A stretch of DNA of 64,000 nt from Camelus dromedarius (Eukaryota), in contig NC_087437.1 of assembly GCF_036321535.1 (NCBI RefSeq), positions 37,202,001 to 37,266,000 of the forward strand, in the 5' to 3' direction. The notes beneath the pieces were generated by a model, which was not told the DNA's origin, made no database searches, and saw only the letters and a program-made list of their open reading frames with translations. A program made the translations under genes and the position numbers. Positions 12,884 to 27,200 of the stretch are shown piece after piece (position 1 is the first letter of the stretch; each line of letters starts with the position of its first letter).

Positions 12884-13185
12884 CCACAATGTCCAGTAAG
12901 ATAGCACAGCCACATGTGACTATTGTGCACTTAACTTATGACTTGTCTGAATTAAGGATACTGTTAGTGAAAATATAAGCCAGGTTCCTAAGACTTAGTG
13001 TGAAAAAAATTCAAAATACCTTCTTAAGTTTTTACATTGATTCAGTGTTGGAAGTAACAATATTTTGGATATATTAGGTTAAATAACATATACTACTAAA
13101 ATTAATTTTATCTCTTAATTTTTAGTCTACTAAAAATAAAAATTCTGTGTATAGCTTACATTGCATTTCTACTGCACTGTGGTGG
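12884..13185. mobile_element. MER33 (hAT-Charlie MITE)
   Basis: TGTCCA...AGCCACATGTGACTATTG...AAGACTTAGTG...ATATTTTGGATATATTAGGTTAAATAA...CATTGCATTTCTACTG. Confidence 0.8.
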
Positions 13186-13649
13186 TCTAGGGGAATGTCC
13201 TTAGTTCATGTCATCAATTACTGTTGATTAAAGGTCCTAGGCTTTTTGAAGTTACTTGCTAACTTCTAGATGTTTGTTCAATAGAGATGCAAGTAATTTC
13301 AGTTCAGTGGAACAGGTAACCCTAAAGAGATACGGCCTTGCAGACATTGAATTTTTTCATATCTAACTCAGAAATTATGTTCTAACTTTTCTTTGTTAAG
13401 TTGTCTTGGTACTCTAACTTCTTAGATGTTCCTTGAGCTAGTCATGACATCTTACTGATTTCATTAGTTAATGAGTTAAACAAAATTTTTGACATTTTCT
13501 TAAAAGTCGTAAGTTTCTTCTTGAAAAAATCACACTTTACTAATAAGCAGAAGCTGAATTTGTTAGAGCTGGAAATCAAAAGCCCTTTGATCGTGTACAA
13601 TATGGGAGAGTGTTTAACAGAAGACCTACATTACTAGCTGGGCCCTGAT

Positions 13650-13830
13650 GTATGCTACTCGACTTTTGTAGGTTGTTTAACTTCTCTGAGCTGCTAAAAA
13701 TTTCTCTGTAAGTTTCAATAAGGATACTTAGTTCAAAAGGTTGGACTAAATATGATAATGTATTTTAAATAGCCACCACAGTGTCTGAAATATAATGATT
13801 TGGTAAATGGTATTTTTATTGCTATGATTA
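13650..13830 (+). mobile_element. MIR fragment
   Basis: TTTAACTTCTCTGAGC...GATAATGTA...CACAGTGTCTG...TAAATGGTATTTTTATT. Confidence 0.55.
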
Positions 13831-16800
13831 ATATTATTTTTAACTTTCTGAACAGAAGAACAAACAAAGAAAATAGTCTTCTATAAAGTTTCTTTTTTTT
13901 TTTAATAATGCATGTTGGATAGTTAAGAGAGAAAAAAAGGTAATATTCTGCAAAGCAATTTTGAAAGTCGAGGGTGCAGTGGACCTAGAGAGTCGGTGGC
14001 AGTAGTAAAAAGAGAAATGGAAGGATGAATTTATTAGAAAGAAAAAGCGAGATATGATGAAATACTAAAAGTAAGGGTTGTCAAAGGAAGGGCAAACATA
14101 AAGAATGGTGAAGCCCTTTACAGAACCATAAGAACTGTGGAGTGGAAGGCAGTATGTTAAGAAGCATTCATAAGTTTTGCTTGTGTTATCTTTGAAGCAG
14201 AAGGAAATATAATTGATTTTTTACAGTCTTCTAGAAATTCCTGTAAATGTGACAAGTAGGAACTTAGAACAGTTGGATTTCTTGGAAATCATTAACAATG
14301 GCCGTGATCTTTAAAACTTCGAATGTGTGACCTCAGGACTAGTAAGTGTAGGGAGATGGGAGAGTAGGGTCTTAGGAATCCAAGTGAAGAGAAGCCATGA
14401 TAGAAACCGGAGAAGGATACACTAGAGAAATATTGTGGGGGAAAGTACAGAATCACTACTTTGGAGTTCTACTTGTCACTATTAAAATAGTATGATTAGT
14501 TTCTGTTTGCTATTATTTCTAGAATCTGAAATGTCTAGCTTGCATGTTTTGCAGTTAACTCAGCCTACCTTTCATAAAAATAAATACAGCTAGACCATTA
14601 TACGTTTGGAACTAACACTGCATGGGCACGCAAGCTTCTGAATTAACAAATTGTCTATTAAGCACAATAGAAGTGTTCAAACCTATTTTGACAAATGTTT
14701 TTACATTTTAAAATTTAGGTAAAAATGGATTGTTGGCCTGTGTTTGAAGTTTTTAGCTTTTCTTAAAATGATGGGTTTTTACCTTCAGTTTTAGTATTCT
14801 AAGAAAATAAAACATATTTGGATAAGATATGGATGTCAAATTAGCATAATACTTGGATTCTACCAATTCATGAGCCTGATAGTCATAGAACCATACTGTT
14901 CTCACATACAGACTTAAACAGAAAGTCTGTCATATTAAGCTCAAGGTTAAGCATCTTAGCCATTAGTTCTCAAATTTAGCTGTTGCTATAATTAACACAG
15001 ATGAATAAGAACTTAATTTTCTATTGGAACAGAAGAAATAGGAAAATGCTAGCATTAATGAAATAGAAATGTTAAAGAAATATTTGATAAGATTATCCTC
15101 TCTATATGACTGGCTTTATTTTCATTTGAATCTCATCTTCATTATAATACAAAAAATTAATACCCCTATACTTAACAATAATGTGGATGTATTTCTGTGG
15201 ATTGTATGTCAAAAATGTTGGCTGCTTTCCCTGAATTTTAATTAGAATCTTCAAACCCTATTCAGTAAGGAATTAACCTTAATTCACTACATTTTGAATT
15301 CTTTCAGAGAATTCTGGCAATAATGACTTGTAGTAAATCCTGGATAAACATACTTTATGGGAATTATGATTGTTACTGAATCAAAAGTATAATTTATAGA
15401 ATGGGATATTAAATATCACAATAAAATCCATAATCAAGAAAACATAGGTTACATAATTTTTTAAAGTATTGTCTATTTATCTAACACATATTTATTTTTT
15501 AATTGAGTCTTATGTTTCTGCTCTTTTTAAACTATTTCCCTAGTGTAATATACTGAGTGCAATGAATATGAGTGAAATGGCTAATCTACCATTGACAAAC
15601 ATGGCATTATGTTTTCTTTTGTTTAGAAACTATTGTGACTGTTGAAATACATTTCACAAATGTGAGAGTATAGAGCCAAGAAAATAATAGGTTCGATGGA
15701 ATATGCCTCTGAGTCTTTCTATGTTGATAAATATTCTGTCTTCGAGTAGAACCCAGAAATGGCATGAAACAAAAAAAATACTGTTGGCCTTTGGATATAT
15801 GAATTAATTTGTTACAGTTGGAATGTTCCAACTAGATATCAACTAATTGGCCATTGTCCTTGATTAAGATCAGTTTCTCCTTGAATAATCTATAAAGCTC
15901 GAAGATCAGTAAAACTTGTCAATTTTTGTTTTATTTGACCAACTTAGCTGCCTCAAGAAATTTAAACTACTGTAACAGTGAAAGATATTTTCTAAAATTG
16001 ACAAATATTTCATTTTCACATAATAAAATTGTTAAGTCATAAGACATATTAAATTAATGCAAATATTTGAGTTAACCCTAAACATTTAGTTAAGTTCACA
16101 TGAACACAGTAAATCTAGTATTTTATACAATGATACCATTGTGGAACAAGAACAGCATAAATTAAGCAAGCAAATAAATATGTCAGAATGCAGACTCTAT
16201 GCTAGAAAATCTAAAAAGATTGGTCCCTAATATAATACAGTTTTTGTTGTCTGCTTTTTTTAAAGTGAATGATGGAAGAGTAAGTCTTAAAACACTGTTT
16301 TTTTTTTGTTGTTGTTAGTAATGTATATCTCTGGAAAAGAAAATATAGGTTAAAATTTATAACAGCAAACATAACTTGTGTGTTTCTAGCAAGTACTAAA
16401 ATTACAGACATCAGAGCCAAGACAGTGTTGCAAAAAAGGAAAAGAACTGTTCATGCTAATACCCTTATTCCCTTCTCACGTGTTCCTAGGTCAGTTACTG
16501 AAGAGGAGCTGGCATCTGAAAAAAATGAGATGCTAATCTGTCTCCACATTTGTGTCATTCCTGCCATGTACCCCAAACCACACTTCTTCTTGGAAATTGT
16601 ATTACAATGACTTTCTCAAGGGGAAACCTATTCAAAACATAATACAGCTCATCTATACTTACATTTTGACTGTTAATTGGGCCTGTATGATTTTTTAAAA
16701 GAAAGAAAACTATATTATTTCAATCTCAATGTCAATGGTAAATAATTTGTTTTATAAATGCCAAATTTTTAAATGGCCTTTTGCATCTCCAGGGCTTTAC

Positions 16801-19800
16801 TATTCTTAGGATTATCAGAACTGTTAGTGATTTCATAAAAACGTAGTTTTAAAATTAACACACATTGCATAAAGACTAAAGAATTTTGGCAAATCAGTGA
16901 TGTCGATCAGTTCTTGGAGAAAAGAAAAAAAATTTGTATTGAAAATATTTATCATTGTTATTTTTATGATTTCATTGTGCAGTAATAATGGGATATATGA
17001 TTTTTATTTAAGTGTACATTTTAAGCCTGCAGAAAATATTTGTAAACTATTTTCATTATATAGTAGAAGGTCAAATAAAAATTAAAAATAAGATGCCTAA
17101 TTCTCTCTCTTGAAAGTAAGCGAAGAGATCACTTCCTTTTTATCAGAATATTTACTTTAGAAAACTTAAAATTATAAGTATTTTCTCCTCTTTTTGATTA
17201 AGTAAACTCTTTTGAAAATTAGACTTTTTGTCAGCTTCATGAACAAAGAATGCCTTTCTCAAAAATCTGAAAACATCAAGGGAAATAGCACCCCGTCTCC
17301 TAGTTTCTGTGGGATGGTGGGAGTGGACACCTCGTTTCAAGTTGCAGAACTACCTCCTCATAAATTTATGAGAATTTTGTCTTCCTCAGGGAAAAAGCCA
17401 ATTAACTAACACAGAAGGTCAATTTAGTTATTAGGATGAAGTATGTGTGACCAATGGTGCTGTCAGGTTCTCTTACCTGAGGACTCGTTATTGTTTATCT
17501 TAAGAACATGTATGTAAATGGGAGGTTTCTGCTTGGCACTCTAAAGGGTGAGATTTCTTTTATCCTTGCAAAATCTCTTGAGATTGCTGTGACGCACAGC
17601 ACATTCTGTCTTAGGGCTTATTCAATAATAAAACTGTTTTCTTTCTCTACTACATTTGTGAGGAGGATTTCCTGTTTTGGGAGGAGATTTTGTTTTTGAT
17701 TATGTTTCTTCAACAATAGCAACTATGAAACAACTTTGCCAAGCAAAAAAAAAAAAAACCAAAACAAAACAGCAACAACTACAAACAACTAAAGGTACTT
17801 TGAAGAATAGTGCTAAGCGAATGCAACTGCAACTATAGTGAACATTTACTATGAGGTATTGATTTTTCAATAACTGTGGCATAACAATTTTATGGTCATG
17901 ATGACCTTAGTTAGGAAGCATAGTAATCCATTGTTCCCACTGGAAGAAACACGGAACAGAAATGTCACCTTTCATCAGTAGTCCCCCTCTAAATGTGTTA
18001 GTTAATGTTCCATATTTAGAGTTATTCTCAGTTTTAAATCACTCTTTTAAGAAATAGGCAGGTTTAGGCATATTGTCCAAGATGATGCCTTTTAAAAAAA
18101 TACATACATTTCTTTGAGCACTTTAGTCCTTGGGATTTTAAAAATAAAGTATTTAACTTTGCATTCTGTTCTAAAAGTATCAAATCTTCAAAACCTGTTT
18201 AACTTGTTTTTTAACAAATCTGTTATTATGTATACAAAATTGACTATTTTTGTCATGTCATTGATAAGTTTTCATATATTACTTTTTGGGGAATTAATAG
18301 GCATTTTTTGAGATATCACATATCTAACAATACCTTGTAATTAGGCACTGGAAACAATTAGAGAGTCTCTATAATTTGGTCTTTCCAGATTTAAATACTG
18401 TATCATTGCCTTATGAAAATATGAATTATGTGCAATATTCAAATATATATGTATCCTCAAGATAACAAAATATTAAATAGTCTCATTCATTAATTGACAA
18501 TATAATATTGAGTATTTACCATGAATATATTGAATATGTTATAATTTTTTTAAGTTACACAAATCTCGATAAATTTCAACCAGCTGAAGGCCTTCAGATA
18601 TTTAATACTACAAAGATTCAGATAATTTTCATCACTTAAAATTTTAATATGGAAAAGTTATGAAACATAAGTTTATTATTAAATGTTTTGTGAAATGGAA
18701 AAATATTAAACATATGAATTCATTTTAGAATTTAACCTCGCATATGGTTAGAGAATCTTCTTTGATCCAGCAGGTTTTTGTTTTGTTTTTTTGTTTAGGT
18801 GAGACTGGAAGAATAAGAATGGTAGCCGGAAATTTGTCTTGAAAATACTGAGAATCAAGATCGAGTGTCTACAGTGTTGAGACGTAATGACTCAAGGTAA
18901 ACTTGTGTTTTATAAACTATTATGACACAGACACATTCACGTCAACACTTTGTTCATTACTAGGTTGCTTTTCACATTGCAAGAGCTTTGTAAGAACAAT
19001 TTTTTTCTCTCTTAAATTTGCAAATGTTTGAACTGATTTTTCTTAACCATATGATTTACCAAAATAAAAAACAAACACAAACTTTTCTCAAATATTTACA
19101 AGACACTCACTGTCATAGATTTTTATACAGAAAACTAGAGGGGCCAATGGATAGAAACAACTGAACAATGTTTTCATGAAAACTCTGTTGACTCTTGAAG
19201 ATGATCAATGGGAAGTCACTAACTAGGATCTGAATATGTGTCTTATAACCATACATATTTACTTCATGAAAATAGTTGTCTGGAAAGAGCAAAGCCTCTG
19301 TCCTTGCTCCTTGGAGGGCACATGCCAATCCCTCTCTGTTATGTTATAATCAGCCCACTCCATTTAATTACATTAACCCACTGGGTTCCAAGGGCACAGT
19401 AGCTTGTGACACCCTCCTTGGACTCAGTGCTTTAACTTGTATGTTGTTAGAATTTCCTCTGCAAAGCTCTTCTTTTCCAACTTAACCTAATAAAAGTATG
19501 TCTGAATGTTCTTACTCTGAAGTATCAAATGTGATCTTGCATGTTATCTCTCTCTCTGATCTCTCTCTGTGTATTTTATACCCTGCTGCCCAGCAGGAGC
19601 TGAATGATGGATGAATAATACATATCACATATACTATGAGTTTTTGTCTTGAGCCTCCTGATCTGACCTTTCCCTATTTTGAAATGTCACAGTGTTTTAT
19701 GTTCAATGTCCATTGGCACTATCATATTAATTTTATTTTAAATTAATTTACATACTTCTTAGGTAGCACAAATGACTACAGAAGGGGCTATACTGCATTA

Positions 19801-20529
19801 CTTTTTAATTAGCTTAGGACTTCACACATAGTAGGCATTTGGAGACAATTTTTTTAAATTAAATTGTTATAATTAGAGGACTGATAGAAGAGTGAAAGTG
19901 GGATTATTTTCTGAATTATTTAGAGTAATGAAAAGGGCTTAACTCTCAACCATAAAGATTAATGCCATACAATCAATAAAAACAAAATCTCCTTACTTTA
20001 GAGTTCAAATATGAATTAAGATATAAAATAGTCTAGTTTAATTTTTTTTACTATATTTTACTGAACAAAAAGAGTATTCATAAGTTAAAAAAGCTAAATT
20101 TCTAATGAAAACACTGGATGATTCTAATAAGGACATATTTTATGAAGAAGTGCTATAGGTATACATTATAATATTAAAAATAAAACTTTATTAATTTTCA
20201 ATTTAAGGGACCAAGAAAAGGGAAAATTTTTAAATGTAGTAAGTTGGAAACCTAAAAGATTTTATTTTTACTGCAAGAAATTTGAGAAATTAACACCCTG
20301 TTCCTTCAAAAAGAAAAAAAGAGCTAGTGAATAATTCTGATTTTTTTGTGGAAGAAGACTAACGGTCATAAAAAAATACTGAACTTCATTTACAACCTCC
20401 TACCTGCCCACCTTTGTCAACTATTTAAAGGTTATTTAGAGATCCTTCTTCTCATTTATGGCAGATTGTAGATATTTTAAACATCATAATTTGATCTAAT
20501 TTGGCATTTGAAACTACAAAGAAATACCC

Positions 20530-23500
20530 AGGTGGAATTTAATAGAATGGCAGCATGAGCAGCTTGGCAAAAGTTCTCACCTGGAGAGAGATCTATAAAT
20601 TGGTCAAAATTAGTAAAGACAATCATTTATAGTCTCTGGAAATTGACTTACCACAAACTGAAAAGCATTTATTCTACAAGACCTCTGGAGTTTAGTAATA
20701 AGTGTGAAAGGCATTTGTCAAGTTGGGGGCTGCATCCATTCTTATTGAGATTCACGGTGTTGAAAAACTACCCCAGCATGCTGAGAAACCAATGGTAGGT
20801 CCCATTTTCCCCAGCTCTACCCTGCAAAAAATCAATATTCAGTGGATGATGGCAGGTAGACAATGGTCTCATTTCCCACCCCTAACTGCAACTCTCTCAG
20901 TAAAGTCTGACAAGGCAGCTGGTAAAGAGTATATTCCCCTGAGTCCCCACAGCTCTAAGTTGGGGATGATCTCTCCTGGTGGGAGATGGATAGTTGGGTG
21001 GTAATGCCAGTTCTTCCTCTCACGTAGACAGGTCTTACTCCCTAGATAGGATCCTGTTGTGAAAAGTAAATTCCACCTTTAACACCTGCTTCATAGACCA
21101 GCTGTTCTTTACTGTAAGGGAAGAGGTGGGGAGCACGTTAGGGGAATAGTCCTCACAGAGTGGTAATGCTCTATCTGAGGGGAGCAACTCTATTTGGAAC
21201 AAATTATGCACCAAGGTGTTTTGATGAAAACAACAGAGCAATCAACTAGCAATCACTGGGGGACAACAGCTTGTTATGATACAAGTAGAGGCAGACCAGC
21301 AAGTTTAGCTGGGAGATCAGGGAAATAGATCATCAAAGAGGACCCTGTTAAAATCACAGTAATCCCTAGTGGTCTAGAAGACTGGGCCTGTGCCTTAGAC
21401 ACACATACTCTTTCAAAACTAACCAGAGAGAGAACTTACCAGCTAATAGTTCTTGGTGATTGAAGATCTAACTTGCAAACCCCCTAAACTGTGAAAACAG
21501 TGTCCAAGCCACTCACAGTTTCAACAGTATAGGGTGAAAGTGTTACTAACTCATGTGGCTTAAACACAACTCTGACCAATCAGTAGTTGACCAAGAAACA
21601 ATGCTGACTCAGGATCAACTCTAAAAAGTCATGGTTAAAGATAAAAACAAGAAAAAAAGCAATCATATCATGAACATCAGAGGCTACATATTAGAGGGAA
21701 AATAAACTTTACAAGATTAGGCTAACCAACTTATTAACAAATGAACAAGCAAATAAACCACCACCAACAATCAAAAGCCCTAAGGGAGGGATTCGTATCC
21801 AGAGTTGCTATAATATATTATCAAAAATTTCCACTTTTAATTAAAAAGAATAAACATGCAGAGAACAAGGAAAATATGACCCATACACAGGAACAAAAAC
21901 AGGAAACATAAACTATTTTTGAGGGATCATAGATGTTACACTTTGTAGAAAATGACTTCAAAGTAGCCAATATAAATATGTTCAAATTACTAAAGAAAAT
22001 CATAGTTAAAGAATTAAAGTTGGTACAATGATAATGAATCATCAAAGAGAAATATTATTAAGGAGTTAGGAATTATTTTATAATGGAAATTCCAGAGGTG
22101 AAAGTTAAAATAACCAAAGTAAAACATTTACTAGAGGAGGTGAACAGTAGATTGGAGATGGCATAAGAAAGACTCAGCAAACTTGAAAATAGATTGATAT
22201 AGAGATTACACAGTTTGAAAAACAGCAAGAATAAAGCATATAAGAAAATAAGCTGAGCCTTAGAACAATGGAGACATCATTAATCACACCAATATATGCA
22301 ATGGGAGTAACAAAGGATAAAAGAGAGAAGAGGGGTCAGAAAAAAATGCTCCAAGTAAGAATGGCTGAAAACTTGCCAAATGTCATTTAAAAAAAACTCA
22401 ATAATCTAGGAATAGAAGGGACATTCCTCAACATGATAAAGAACATCTACCAAAAATAATAGCTAATGTCATACTTAATGGTGAAAGAATTAATGCTTTT
22501 TTTCCCTTAGATTAAACAAAGATGTTTACTCTCATCATTTCTGTTTAGCATTGCACAGAAGGTTACATTCAACAATAAGGCAAGAAAAATGAAGAAATAG
22601 CATCCACGTTGTAAAGGAAGAAGGAACACCACCTTTATGTGTAGACAGCATGATTTTATACATAATAACTCAAAATGAATCCACTAAAAACTATTCAAAG
22701 TAAGAAACAAGTTCAGCAAGACTGTAGGATACAAAATCAATATACAAAAGTAATTTGCATGTCTACAGATTAGCAATGAATATTCTGAAAATGAAATTCA
22801 GGAAACAAATTCATTAAATAGATCCAAAAGAATAAAGTATTTAAAAACAAATTTAACAAAGAAGTGTAAGATGTGTATACTGAAAACTATAAAACATTGT
22901 TAAAAAAAATAAAGTAGACCATATAAATAGAAAGAAATCCCATGTTCATAGATTGGGAAACTTAATATTGTTAGGCTGGAAATACTTCCCAAATTGCTCT
23001 ACAGATTTAATGAAATTCCTATCAAAATTCCATTTTTTTTGTTATAAATGGACAAGCTATTGCTAAAATTCATATAAAATTGCAAAGGATCTTGAATAAC
23101 CAAAACAATCTTGAAGAATAACAGAGATGGAGGACTTATAGACCTCAACTGCTTTACTTACTACAAACCTACAGTAATCAAAACAGTGTGGATAAGGATA
23201 AGGATGGACATGTAGATTAATGGAATTGAACTGACAGTCCAGACATAAACCCATGCTTCTATGCTCAGTTGAGTTTTGACAAGAGTACCAAGACCATTCT
23301 ATGGAAAAGGAATCTTTTCAAAAAATAATGCTGGAAAATTAGATATCCATAGGCAAAAGTAAATTAATTGTGTCCCTACCTCATGTCATACACAAAATTA
23401 ACTCAATATGATTATAAGACCTAAGTGTAAGTTAAAATGATGAGAACTCTTAGAAGAAAATATAGACATACAGAAAGTAAATAAAAAGGACTTAATCCAA

Positions 23501-24255
23501 GCAAAAAAACCTTTGTCCTCCAAATAACAAATTAAGCAATTGCAAAGATAACACAAGATAGGAGAATATTATCTTCAAATCACATATCTGATAAAGGACT
23601 TGTACCCAAGATTTATAAATTAATAACACAACTCAAAAGTAAAATGTCAAATAACCTAATTATAAAGTAGACAAGGTATTTTGAATAGACAGTTCTTCAA
23701 ATACAGCAAATGGCCATGAAAAGATGATCAAAATTATTAGTCATTAGGGAAATGCAAATCAAAACCATATTAGAGATCACTTCACACTCACCAGAATAAC
23801 TGAAAAAAAAAACCAAAATAATATGTTATTAAGAATTTTGAGATATCTCAACTTGCATACATTGCTAGTGGGTTTTTAAGATGGTACAGCCACTTTGGAA
23901 TTCAGATTCCTAGTTCCTCATTCCTAGTTCCTCAAATTGTTAGTCAAAGAGTAAAAACATGACTCAGATATTCCACTTTCTGAGTCATGCAAACACATCC
24001 ACACAACATATACGTGAATGTTCTTAGCAGTAATATTCATAATAGACTAAAATTGCAAATAACTCAAAAGTCCATTAACTGATGAATTAATAGGTAAATC
24101 ATAATATATACATACACTTGAACTGCATTATGCAAATAAAAATAATGAAGTGCTGATACATGCTACAACATGGACAAATCCTGAAAACATTCAGGAAGCC
24201 AGTCACAAAAGATCATATATCATTTCAACCAATATGAAATGTTTAGAATAGGCAG
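20530..24255 (+). mobile_element. Old L1 (L1MB-like) with 5'UTR, partial ORF1, internal deletion, ORF2 3' half and 3'UTR
   Basis: ORF1-like decay at about 21800-22385; ORF2 motifs AGGAATAGAAGGGACATTCCTCAAC, CAAGTTCAGCAAG...GGATACAAAATCAATATACAAAA, CAGTAATCAAAACAGTGTGG and GGGAAATGCAAATCAAAACC; 3'UTR TACATGCTACAACATGGA; many stops. Confidence 0.85.
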
Positions 24256-27200
24256 GCCATTGTGATTCTGCAGCTGAAAAGTTGCTCCTTTGTGTTTTCA
24301 TAAGGTAAACTAGAAGGTCCCTTGCAAGTATTTTTGAACTTTATTGTAGGTACAGATTAGCTGACAAAAGTTCCCTTTAAGAATGTAATGCACAAATAAA
24401 AAACTGTCACTGGACAAATTTAATTTTCTTTGTAGAAAGAATTATTAAGAAGAGGTTCATAAAAATGCTCTACTGGAAAAAAAATGCTCTATTGGTTACT
24501 TCTTGCCTCAATTCCACTACTTTTAGGGAAAGAAAATCTAAAATGGATGTACTTTTAGAAATTAATTAGAACTATGATTATTTCATCAGAATCAGGACTG
24601 AAAGAGTACTCCACGGCTTCAATAAAAATCAAAAGAAAGACTTCTGTAAAGTTTTGGAATGTACTCACCATTTTCCCTCCCCACAGTTAAGAACTGTGAG
24701 TTGTGTTACTTTTGCTTAAGGCTTAAGAGACTAAAACTTTTTTTTTTCTTTAACAAATATAGGGAGAAAGTTCTGGAGGAATCTGGTAATGCTGTTGCCT
24801 CTAATAGCCTCATTGGCTCTTGAGGCACATATAAACCTGAGGCTGTAATAAAGCACAGACAACATTTGAAGAATTGGGACGTTAGGGGTATATATTTTTC
24901 TACCTTCTCAAAACTGTGTAATTACTTCTTGAGAGCTTAAAGAATATTAGGATACCTAGTTTCTTCCAGAAAGGATTTTTTTTCCCTCATCTGTATTACT
25001 ATATTACAGTGTGTCATCTTTTGCTGACACATTCTACTTTGTCTTGTAGTGATCTATGAACATGCTTTACATTTTCTTTTTTTCTATTTGTACACAGTGC
25101 ATGATTGTGTGTGTGTGTAATAAACAATTTGGAAAATACAGTCTATATCTCAACATTTTATAATAAAATTACAATGAATATAAAATATACACAGTCAACA
25201 TGTAATAAAATAGTTTAACAAGGATCAAATATTATGTATTTAAGCTGTTAATAAGGTCAAAATAATATTAGCTTTTCAATTAAATTTTATATGACAACTC
25301 TAATAAATAAAATATTTCTTTAAAAAATCCAAAAAAACATGTGATTTAGAATCTGATTAGGCTATAAAGCAATTTGAGGGGGGGGGGGAACTCTCCAAGA
25401 GAGTTATCAGAGATTAAATCAAATTTTTTGTACAATACATCAAATAATGAATTTCTTTATTCTTTGCATATTTACATAATACATCATGTTGAAATATATA
25501 AAAGTGTGAAAGCTTTAATGATTATATATACTGATAACTGTTTATAGTTCTTATAGTGGATTTACACTTAAAAAAAATCCTCATAATTAGATGATATTTA
25601 AACAATAATGGTTGAGATGGGAACAAGCCAAGGACAATTTCTGGCAGCAAATATCCCCAGATGTTCAAAGTAAGAATTCTTAATCCAGTTAGGTATTAAC
25701 TGCCAAGAATTATCTAACAGTGGCACATTTCCGAAGCTAAAAATTGAGATATATGTTATATATATATAAATAGAAAATTCTATTATATTATCAGAGGATG
25801 TAGTATTCCAGTTAATAAAATATATTAATTAGGCAATGAGATAATTAGGGAAATTAATTTTAACCATGATTACTAAAAATAATGTGCACATACTAGTAAA
25901 TTAGCAATTAATGGCAAATACTAATTTTTAGCAAACATAGTTGCTTTTGAAGATTTGCCAACACTGCTATACAGTGACAGAAAGTAATTATTTGGCTTTT
26001 TAATGTTTTAATGTTGCTATGGGTATCTTTTACTACTTTAGGAACTTAAATATTGTAAAATAACACAATTTCCATATTTTTAACTTTCCAGATATTAGTA
26101 GTATCAATTTTAAAGATTTATAATTTCTCACCAGGGTGTATTTTTCTTATTTCTCTTTTTTAACTTGCCTGGAAAAGGACTCATGTTTTACTAACTGTTA
26201 AAAAAAATTAAAGGAAAGAGAAAAACATAATGATTGTATCTATGGTGAGCTGCTTTTATTTTTATCTGTAATTATGCTGATAGTTAAAAATTTCCCTCTT
26301 CCACTATCTACTATCATACACATTTCTTGAACTTCCAGACATTTTCTGTATTCATTGAACTTTAATTAAACTTTTATCTTTAATTTTGAATGACCTAGTA
26401 ATAATAATATCTCTCTTTCAGGAGGCTGAGGAATTATGTGTAAATAATTTAAAATAAATTATCTTACTATTATTCAGTCTTCATCAAACAGACAAAGAAA
26501 ACCTCCAAGGAAAATACTGCATTCTCTATCCAACAAATAAGGAAACTGAATTTCAGAAATGTTAAGTTTACAAGATTAATTACTAAGAGAGAGAATCAGA
26601 ATTTGTCTAATATCTACCTGAATCCAAATCTAATATTCTCCTCTCTTATTTCATTTCCAAGTCCGTTCATAAAACTCTTTATAATTCTTTAGATATACAG
26701 CATTTTAAAGTGCACATTATAATACAAACAGAGTCAGTTCTAATGATTTTTCAGTTAATGGAGAGCTATAACAAAGATAGTATAGTGACAGAACTCTAAC
26801 TATACCCTTGCCTTGGAGATGAGAGAACTTGCCTGGGCTTTTTGTAGTGGGGGTCATGGGAAAAAGGTCAAACGCAGGACACATTGAAATAAGCAGAGCT
26901 GGACTTTATGCTTTGGGGAAGACTTTCTCCAACAGTGTCTTACTTTGTTGTCTTTGGCCAGCACCAACCAAGGCCTCCTGCCAAGCGCTCCAGATGTACC
27001 ACCCAATTAGGGCTCCCTTCTTACATTTACCTTTTACATCTTCTACTTCTGTATGAGCAGTCTACCGCAGGCGTTATTTTAAATTTTTGTGAGGCTGATT
27101 TAATGCCACAACCCAATGAATTTATTAGCATGCTTAATATGGAGACCTCCTCTTTAAAATTTAAGGTCTTTAATGTTGTAGGAGATGTTTAGGTCATGGG

